Under the pieces are notes generated by a model. The model ran no database searches. It had not been told where the DNA came from and saw only the letters and a program-made list of their open reading frames with translations. From the NCBI GenBank assembly GCA_037834085.1, contig JBBMKC010223895.1:1-33736 (forward strand): a DNA stretch of 33,736 nt, given 5' to 3'. Numbering within the stretch: the stretch's first letter is position 1; each line of letters begins with the position of its first letter. The stretch is from Bipalium vagum. Its lineage: Eukaryota. The translations under genes and the position numbers were made by a program. Shown one piece after another: positions 24,651 through 33,736 of the stretch.

Positions 24651-27199
24651 TGAAATTTGGAGAGTCTAAAAATTAATCATAAACATAATATTATTTACGT
24701 TATGTATATGTTAAGATGTACTCACAAAATTAATGTTAAAACTACTTATTACTTATCTGGAATTGTAAATCACAATATAATCAAAAAACTAAATGAAATT
24801 ACGTTTTAAAACATGTTTATTTACACAAATGGTGGCTTTTATAAGATGACAAATTATCCTACAATTTAGGATAAAGTCTCCGCTCACAACTTGCATTAGT
24901 TACTCCAAAAGAAGATATTTAGTGGACTTCGATCATCCCAAATGAAGAAGTCAGTCAATTGTTAACAAAAAATCATTCTGCATTTCAATGTGTGACTTAT
25001 TAGTAACCACATCTTCATAGACGTATGATCCAATGAGACCCTGGGGTTACATCGCACCAAACTGTTATTCAAAGCTCGAATTTAAGAACAGGAATTACTT
25101 TTTAGGGAAAGCACACGGTAAGAAACAGCAATTAAAATGGTTAATTAATCATTTAACATGAACTTATTTTTGTCTGTCCAATTTATTTTGTTAACCAATG
25201 AATAGCCACATTTGAATTATATCAACATTGTCTCACAAAACTACATTCTATTAGAGAAATAACCCGAATTATCAACCAAAGCATAAGCACGATCTGTAAA
25301 GAAATCTGTTTACACCAGATGCTTCAATCATTCAATATTCTTATTATTCTGCGTTTTACAAAAAAGGATATATTTTTATGGAACTACCTGTATGTGTCAA
25401 ATGAAATTTCTTGACATTATAACTCGTCATGAGACATTGATATAACGTTTCGTATCAGAAGAACCTATTTTGTAGATAAAAAATAAATCTGGATAATTAT
25501 TCAAATTCTTGTTATATTTAAGGATTCGGGTCTTCGTTAAGCTCGATTACAGTAGCCGGTTTATTGAAAGGGTGCAATTTTGTATATTAATAATCAAACA
25601 GTAAAAACGAAAATGACTTTATTTTACACTATTAAAAACCCAGTCAGATGAATCATATTTTCCAATAATTTTTGACTTCGAGATTCATAGGCTGAGTTTA
25701 CATTAGGCCTAGCGTTGAACATGTTCGACCATTATTTTTCACGATACACAGTTTAAAGTTCATATATAAAGATGAACCTTAATAAAATAATTTTGTTTAT
25801 TTGTTCGTCAATTTCTTGAACCTTTAATTCGTCAATAAAATGGTTTAATTAAAATTTAATTTCTTTTTATTAATTTTTCGAGATTTTTCAAATTTAATAA
25901 TAATATCGCCTATATTCCAACAATGTCAATATCTGTGCAGAACCGTTACTGATCATGCGGTAAGGACAGGAAAACGTCCCAACCACTCTAACTGGATTCA
26001 ATGGACTGCGTTAATTTGTATAAATAAACAGAATTGGAAATATTGGGAACATTTCATGGGTTATTTAGTATTTTTTAAATGACCCAAAATACCACTTATT
26101 AGTCTCGGATGAGCAACTCTTTTGAAAGACAGTTTTGGGCGCGAAAATCTTCCGCTAAAATTGAGATTAATTTCAACGCATTATAACAATAATAAAAATT
26201 TATTAAATCCTACAAAAGAGATATTAAATTAAATAATTATAATTATTATAATTTAATAATTAAAATCAATTAAATAATTTTAATAATATTTATAATCATC
26301 CAATCATTTATTAGTTCGGGAAATTGAAGAAATTCTTAAACGAAAGAAATGGATGACCAAGAGGAATACAACCTTTAAAAATTGATTAAGAAAAGACGGG
26401 AAAAAGTCGTGAATCGCACAGCTGGACAGTCTTGTAATTATCCCCGGAGCTCGTCGATTTCGTCTATAAACAGTTGATATTTGACATTTTTACATTGTCA
26501 GACTATTATTATTATATTTTCACGATATTTTCCATTTGCTTAACATTAAATGTAATAACTCAATTTCAAGGGTCACTAAAACAAAAAAAAATAATAAATT
26601 TATATTTTTTTCATATGGACAGAATACGTGATTGATTTCAACTTGTCAGACTGGAATTCCAATGCTGGTATTAATACTCATTATAATTGATAATAACAAT
26701 AATTAATAATATTTATAATAGAAGAAAATTACGATTTCTATCAATATCATTTCTGTAATATCACCGAGGTTTGCCAGTAAAGTTTTGGCAGCGACGTAAA
26801 TATCATCTTGACGGAATCATGCCTTATTCCGTTCTGAAAATGCCAGTCTGATAAAATTTAATTTAACTGACCAAACCGTGTTTCAATCAACTTAAAACAA
26901 AAAGTTGTAAGATCTCATTACATCGGTAGGCCTTCGTATTCCATAAAGAGAAACCTGGAGTAGGCGCCATTAATTATGAAATATCATTTTTTATGTTACT
27001 TGGTCAAATATTACTTTTTTCAGTTGCAAGAAATGCCAAAAAATTTGTTAAAATTATTTTTATTTCTAAAAATTCTATTGTGAGAGCGATTTAAATTAAA
27101 TAGTGAAATTAGAGACAATTAATTAATTATTAAAGGATAATAAAAAGAAAAAAAATGATTTCATATTGGACGTTGAAAGAGTAAACAAAATTTCTCTAT

Positions 27200-27350
27200 T
27201 GTGGGATTCATTTTGGACATATTAAGTTAGAAATGTCCGTTTTCGAGACTAAGTTGGTTTGAGATCCATTTGGTACATTTATTTCAAGTTCTCGATTAGT
27301 TTTCGAGGATCTGTCTCAATGACTTCTTTTAATTCATCATCATCCACCGT
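27200..27350 (-). mobile_element. mariner internal fragment
   Basis: Minus strand DDDELKEVIETDPR..KWISNQLS resembles mariner HTH2/WVPHEL. Confidence 0.5.
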
Positions 27351-28042
27351 TTAAAGACATCGTCTATCAGAGGATAGTGTGCTCGTGTTTTTGTTTGATT
27401 GGTATGTGTGACAGTAATAGTAATAATAATTTTTTTTTTACAAAAAGTAATGGAACATTGATTCCTGCAAATGATGTTTATTTGCCATTTTGAATTTCTG
27501 TATTATTTAAATAAAGTTGTTTTTATTGAATTATTGATATATGATCTTACAAATAATATATGATGTATTCATTGAACCAAAAATTTTAGCTCATGTTTGT
27601 AAAAGTAGGAATAATACTAATACACATAATATTATTGATAAAAAATAAAATTCAAGTTTTCTTCGTTTTTAAATTTTTTTGCAAATTCACTTTTTATGTG
27701 ATGAAGAGAGTTTTTGTCTTTTCTTTTAAATATTTTATGCTTGTTTTTAATTGTAATTTAATTTAACACATTTTTAAAAGTTGACCTTCACATTTGCAAT
27801 TTCCAAGATCACAATGATTACATTATAAAATAATTTTGATATTTAAATGTCATATTTCAAATTTCATTAATATTTTTTATTATATTTTATTTTATACAAA
27901 AATTTAAATAATTATTTATTTATTACTATAAAATAGAATTTTTTTATCCTACTATGGAGTTATATTAATGTAATATCATTTATATTTTCTAAATATAAAT
28001 AAACTATATATATAGGTAAAAAAAATTACTGTACTTTATTAA

Positions 28043-28415
28043 TATTAGGTTGTTAAGTTAGAAATGCGAGTTTTTTTAAGAACGAATTCTTATGTCAAAA
28101 ATAACAAATATTTATTTTAATCTAAAAAACAATTTCCAATAATGTCAGTGACTTTTCTCGATCTTTCACTAAGAGAACGATTACCATTCTCAAAGAATTT
28201 TCTTGACTGGGATAAGAAGTATTCTGACATCCAAAGTCTGACGTCTTCAACATTTGTGAATTTTTTTCCAATCAACTGGTGATGCATTGAACTGAATAAT
28301 TAATAGTGCGTTGGGGCCAATCAGAACTATATGGTGAATGAGGTAGAAATTTCCGAACAATTTCTTTAATTTCTTCCCGTACAGCAACATTTGCCACACG
28401 TGGTCGAGCGTTGTT
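28043..28415 (-). mobile_element. mariner relic, 3' end with TIR
   Basis: Minus strand NARPRVA...LPHSPYSSDLAP..LFSSMHHQLIGKKF...FFENG. TA + TTAGGTTG terminus at 28043. Confidence 0.85.
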
Positions 28416-28479
28416 CTATATACAATTTGTTTATATTATACCAACACTCTGTAATTGACGTGTTTGATGTACGTGATCT

Positions 28480-29555
28480 AATTGGTCTATGTACAGAGCA
28501 TTCCTTCACAAAGACATCATAATTTTCTCAAGTCTAACCTTTAAATATTCTATATTTGAACTGGGTTGTTTGTTAACGTCTCTCTTAAAAAATACTCCAA
28601 CCATAGTAGTTTAAAGGATTCACATTAGGTGAACTGGGCGGTCCGATTTCCTTTGGCGAGAATTCAAGAACATTGAGATTAAGAAATTCTTGCACCTTTT
28701 TGATGATATGTGTTTGTGCACCATCTTGTTGGAAGATGAAATGACTTTCTTCATCCATGGTTCAACTGAGCTCCTCAAAACATATGAAGTTCAGCAGTCA
28801 CTCTCAAATCTTGTGGGGAAAAATTCGGGGACATGATATCTTCTTCATTACTAATAACACTTAACACCATGATCGTGGCTGATAATGTTGTTTTTTTAAT
28901 TATTGGGACTTGATGAGGATTTTCACACAGCAATCTATTTTTTTTCCTATTGACAATCTGGTCCTGCTAGAAGTTCTTTTCATCTGAGTAGAAAAATTAA
29001 GAGATATTTTTCTTTTTGGTTTTTCAATTTTGATAGCAGTTTCATTACTTTTTCAAGTTGCCTTTCCTCTACCTTGTGACAAAAACTGACCTCTTCCAAT
29101 GACACATGATTTGTATGGGATGTCTTCATTGATAATTATACAGATTTTTCTATCTGACATATCAAACTCTCTGACTATGAAGCGCATTGACCTATCTGGG
29201 TCTCCATTGATGTCATCCTAGATTCGGTACATCATATCCAGAGTTGTGCGAATCTTCCGTACTTTCTTTTTTTTCTTGATAGGATCAGCATCATAAACCG
29301 TTTTAAATTTGAGATTGTACGTTAAGGTATATTAGTGAAGTTGAATATTTCTTTGTCAGTTCGTGTTGCTCGCAGACAACAGTTTGTTGCTGCCTGGCAT
29401 CGTTTTCCTTTGACATGATTGGTTATATTTTATTGTATTAAACTTGTCTAAAATGTATCATTAATTTCAATCAAAAAAAATTTAATTTTTATAATAGGGA
29501 CATTAAAAAACATTATACAAAATCATTTGCCAGTTTATGTCGCCCACCCCCGTAA
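28480..29555 (-). mobile_element. maT / DD37D (mori-type) transposon relic
   Basis: Minus strand FYSDEKNF*QDQIVN, IMVLSVISNEEDIM, FIFQQDGAQTH and PPSSPNVNPLNYYGW (cf. WPPSSPDLNPLDY..W). A TIR-like end CCCACCCCCGTA is at ~29543-29554. Confidence 0.85.
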
Positions 29556-30340
29556 ATGACGTAAACTAAGATCAAATATTATAAAGCGGAATTTATTTTA
29601 TTGTTTGGCAATTTTTCATTATTTTTATATTGATACATGTAAAAATAAAATAAAACGGGCCAAAACAACCCAGCTTAAAATAAATAATTATTTTTCAACT
29701 CTAAAAGACTTTACCGATTCCCAAACTTTTATGACAAGAATAATAAACAAAATGAAAAGAAATAGTGCTATTTCAGTTCATTCTAATGTTATTCTTACCA
29801 GCGCAATATAAAAGAAAATATCAAGAATTTCTTAATTGTAATTTTAAAAAAATCCTGTTAATTTAGACGGTGCACTGGTTGAAATCGGTGCAGAGACTGA
29901 TACATTCTCTGAAAATACACGTGAATTATTTATCTCCAAAAATAGTAGAATGCTCGTAAAATTGATAAGAAGCTGTTTATGATAATAAAATCAAATCACT
30001 TTGGAATCTGAAGATCCAACTGATTGGAAATGAACTGGCTGAACCAAAATATCATAACAACTATAAAAATAATCATCATATCCTACAAAAACCCAACGTG
30101 ATATGTTAAGGCAGAAATACATAACAAATTGGCATTTGCATTAAAACGTGTCTAATATAAAATCAATAGAACATTTACCTAAAAAGAAAGTAGCAATTTA
30201 TTTAATCGGTTTTAATAATAATAAAAATAATGTTTACATTTTTATGATCATGTTTTATTCGCAAAATATACATAGACAGACATTAAAAATATTAAAAGAT
30301 AAGAAAGCCAATACTGACGTCAAAAGTCAATTTAAATAAC

Positions 30341-30391
<51 letters not shown>
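30341..30391. repeat. (AAT)n microsatellite switching to (TTA)n
   Basis: Directly visible trinucleotide tract. Confidence 0.95.
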
Positions 30392-30523
30392 GATATTATT
30401 AAAATATTATATTACCTATTAATGAATATGATAAAAATAATTATTATTTTTATTTTTATAATTAATATATGATACGTAACATAATAATGAAATGTAATAA
30501 TAATGATAAAAATAATAATAGTA

Positions 30524-30568
<45 letters not shown>
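30524..30568. repeat. (ATT)n microsatellite
   Basis: Directly visible trinucleotide tract. Confidence 0.95.
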
Positions 30569-30570
<2 letters not shown>

Positions 30571-30981
30571 ATTGTTACTTGTGATGAACAAAATATAAAT
30601 TATATCGTAATATACTCATCAAACTCCATGTCCAAGAAATTTCCTCCAATTTTCCTCGCTTTTGCAATTACGGTCTTATCAAATTATAAAAGATATCAAT
30701 CATCACAGATATAATTTTGATAAAACAATAACATATGAAAAATGATACTTCGCAATTTATCATAATGGTTTATTTACTCACTATTCCGCTCAGTCAAAAA
30801 ATAATTACAAATTCCCTTCTGTCGCTAATCATTATATTAAACATTGAAATCCCATATTTTCTTGGGAAAGTTAAAAGCAAACGGCCAATATATTTATTGT
30901 CATTAAATTCAACATAAAACCTATAGTAAAATGATTTTCATTTCCGAAAAATAGAATAAAAGAGCTCTTCAATATTTATTT

Positions 30982-32021
30982 CTAAGTTTGAGATTGAGAA
31001 ATAAGTGGGCTTTTTTCTCTTTTTATTATCCCCAAATTGATCGCTTCCTTCGTGTGCACCACGTTGACATTCAGATTATTTCTGGATGCTGTCGTATGCT
31101 TCGTGTCGTTGGACACCGACTCAAAGATTGCCTTTCGTAAGACTTTCACCTGCTGAAATCTGCACAGGAAAATATTCATTGCTGCTGTTCGGAAATTCTT
31201 TCCTACAAAACAGTACAGAACGAAATTTGTTGAAAAGTTTAACGTAAAAAGGAGAAATGAGAGATGATAAAAATTCGCTAAATGCCCCCGACGATAGTAA
31301 TCGAGACTTCGTTTCTCAAGATATACGTTAATGACGACACTTATGAACTGCGGAATTGTCAGCATAGTAAAGGTGGTCGACACTGCCAGCAGCTGTACGG
31401 TTATTTTATAATCCCGTTTTTTATTCATTGAATCTTCATAGGCCACCAGACTAAGTTGACGTCGCTTTTTCATGGTTGAAATCATCACAATGTTGCAAAT
31501 CATAATGATGGTAGCTGGAATCAGAGATAACATTATCATATCGAGAATCCTGAATTTCAACATGGATGTCCGATTTTTGCAAATGCTCCCTCCGCTTCCT
31601 AAGCATTTGACTTTCATGAAGCTAAATATCCACGTAATATTGCACAACATAGAAATTAACACTGAAATTCCAACAATTATTTTTGCATTGCGAACTGTAC
31701 ACAGCCTAATACTCAACAAAGGATATCTGATACAAACAAATCTCTCCAGTGTAAAAATGACGATTGTCCAAACAGATAACGTTCTGGATGTATAGGCTAA
31801 ATATGTTCGAAGCTGACATGCTCCCCACCGTACCCAAATGTAACTGATTTTCTTGTAAGGTGGATAATCAATGAACATCGGATGGATGACAAGTATGGCA
31901 TAAAATCCAAATGTGGTAAATATCAAAGAGAGACTATCGAATATTGTCAAACATCTGATGTAAAAACAACTTGACACTTTAGTAGAAGAATCCTTCAAAA
32001 TAATGAAAGATGCCAAATTAC
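30982..32021 (-). CDS. Class A (rhodopsin-like) GPCR, FMRFamide/sex-peptide-receptor-like peptide receptor group; main coding exon
   Basis: Motifs seen: TM1 GN, TM2 CLTIFD, C3.25 (WGACQ), TM3 SVWTIVIFTLERFVCIRYPL, TM5 LIP..II..CN, TM6 LLAVSTTFTMLTIP, TM7 NFSTNFVLYC, helix 8 GKNFR. The ORF start is a TTG inside a polypyrimidine tract; the real boundary is probably the phase-1 acceptor cattttag|GT AAT. The N-terminal exon was not found in the window. Confidence 0.92.
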
Positions 32022-32318
32022 CTAAAATGGAATAAAATCCCAAGTTAAAGCGTTTTTGATAAAAAGATACGAAATAAACATTTATTTTTTATTAACACAT
32101 TGTATATATGTTCGTAGTTTTTTTAACTTGACTTATTTTGAATATTATTTTGGGTATGCGTAAGTTTCCATCCCTCACATATTAAAGAAATTTAAAATAT
32201 TATGATAACACTTACGCTTTGTCTGGAAACATTTGTTTAAGCAAGTCATTATTGATTATATAGATATGCATTACGTCATAGTTTATTTAAATTAGTCGAC
32301 TTTTTTCAAGCAATAATT

Positions 32319-32930
32319 ATGGAAGTTGCAAAAATGCATATACTCCACTGTATGTTATTCTTTTCAATCAATGCAAAACATCTACCAAAGCAATCCCATT
32401 AATTTGCAAAACTTATCGTAACGAAACAAAAGCTGAGAGAGCATGTCTTGAATAGTTCAAACGCTTTAAAGGGTATGATATTGATTTAATGGATAAAGAA
32501 CGAAATGGTCAGCCACAATAAATGGTTTCGGACAAGTAGAAGCGCGTTTGAAATAAAAATCGAGTGTAGACCAAGTGAATTTAACTAGAGTACCGTACTT
32601 CGATAGTTGCATCAAATGGGGAATATTCTCATAGTGATTCCTCATGAATTTTTGCAGAACAATATGATCAGCCGATTTACCATTTGGCTTAGCTTCTCCG
32701 TAGTCACGAACAAGAAAATAATTTTGACCGAAGATGAAGTTGATTTATTATTATTATAATTCTAATCACAAAAGATCATGTGTAAATTCTGGAAAAGAAA
32801 TATTCATGGTTACATGGTCACATGGTCCTCTTGTGTATCTGGTGGAACATGAAGAAAGTGCTTTATTATGAACGAATAAAATCAAATGAGACTGTTACTG
32901 TGATATTATACGTCCGCCAACTGATTCAGT
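32319..32930 (+). mobile_element. mariner relic (5' two-thirds) in the presumed GPCR intron
   Basis: MEVAKMHILHCMLFFFNQ, FKRFKGYDIDLMDKERNGQP, IPHEF and HGHMVLLCIWWNMKKVLYYERIKSNETVT. Confidence 0.85.
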
Positions 32931-33664
32931 AGAAATATTAATAATTTATGAAATATGTGAAAACAAATGCTCATAAAAATAGCTGACATTAATAAAAGCA
33001 TAATAACGAGTTTCGTTAGTAAGTGATCATATGTATTCGTTAACTAAAATTTATCATTAATAATTGTTATAAAAGAATTTTTAAAGAAACTAAAAATAAT
33101 TTAAATTATAATATAAATTTCAGAACTCTTTAATTTAATTTGATGTGGAACATTACAAATGAAAATTATGAGCATTTTATTGAAATTAATATAAAATTTT
33201 AGAGTTCGTAAACATTTTTCGGTATTTCTGACTATTATTTATTATTAATAATAATTTATTATTATTTATTCTCACATAATTAAGTATTGTATTTATAATA
33301 ATTATTATTTTTATTATGTTTCCTATAATCCAAATTCAACCCTTAATTTATTTTCAAATTGAAGAACAAAATTCCTAAATATCTTATGAACTACTTGGAT
33401 TTCTCACACGTTAATCAATGAATGACAAAGAACGTATTATCAATAGTAAATTTTAGAACATATACCTATTAGTGAACAGTTATGATAATCATAAAGTCAC
33501 AATGACAAGAAATTTAAGTATGGTTTAATATTAAAAAAATAAAAGGCTTCTTTCACTGTTCATGAAGTTTTTATCCCCTCTTAAAATATGTTTAGAACTA
33601 TTTTTGTTTAATTTAAATAATTTTTTAAAATAATATGTTTTCTTTTATTTCTCAAAAATTAAAG

Positions 33665-33736
<72 letters not shown>
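33665..33736. repeat. (AAT)n microsatellite running off the window end
   Basis: Perfect AAT repeat to the last base. Confidence 0.97.

Noticed and set aside
31472-31795. 107-aa plus-strand ORF
   Set aside because: Antisense shadow of the GPCR exon.
32205-32260. Strong minus-strand donor (gtaagt) upstream of the GPCR exon
   Set aside because: The adjoining sequence does not encode a TM1-like segment in the phase needed to restore the GN motif.

Overview
Very AT-rich eukaryotic (invertebrate animal-like) DNA with GT-AG spliceosomal introns. Three host genes are supported. (1) A multi-exon lipid phosphate phosphatase (PAP2/LPP/wunen family) lies on the minus strand, from ~15299 down to ~3177. 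I rebuilt it by hand exon by exon with consistent intron phases; all three catalytic motifs are intact, but the last exon is ambiguous. (2) A 64-aa signal-peptide ORF at 21918-22112 (+) looks like a secreted (neuro)peptide precursor. (3) The large coding exon of a class A peptide-type GPCR lies at 30982-32021 (-); its N-terminal exon is not visible in the window. Introns and intergenic DNA are packed with decayed cut-and-paste transposons from several lineages: many mariner DD34D, Tc1, Tc3-like, maT/DD37D, a plant-type DD39D-like element, and Merlin/IS1595-like elements. There are also (AAT)n microsatellites. No intact transposase, RNA gene, CRISPR array or prokaryotic system is supported. The best leads are the orphan peptide gene near an orphan peptide GPCR, a DD39D-like element in an animal, a Merlin MITE with TIRs and TSD, and a pre-miRNA-like hairpin.
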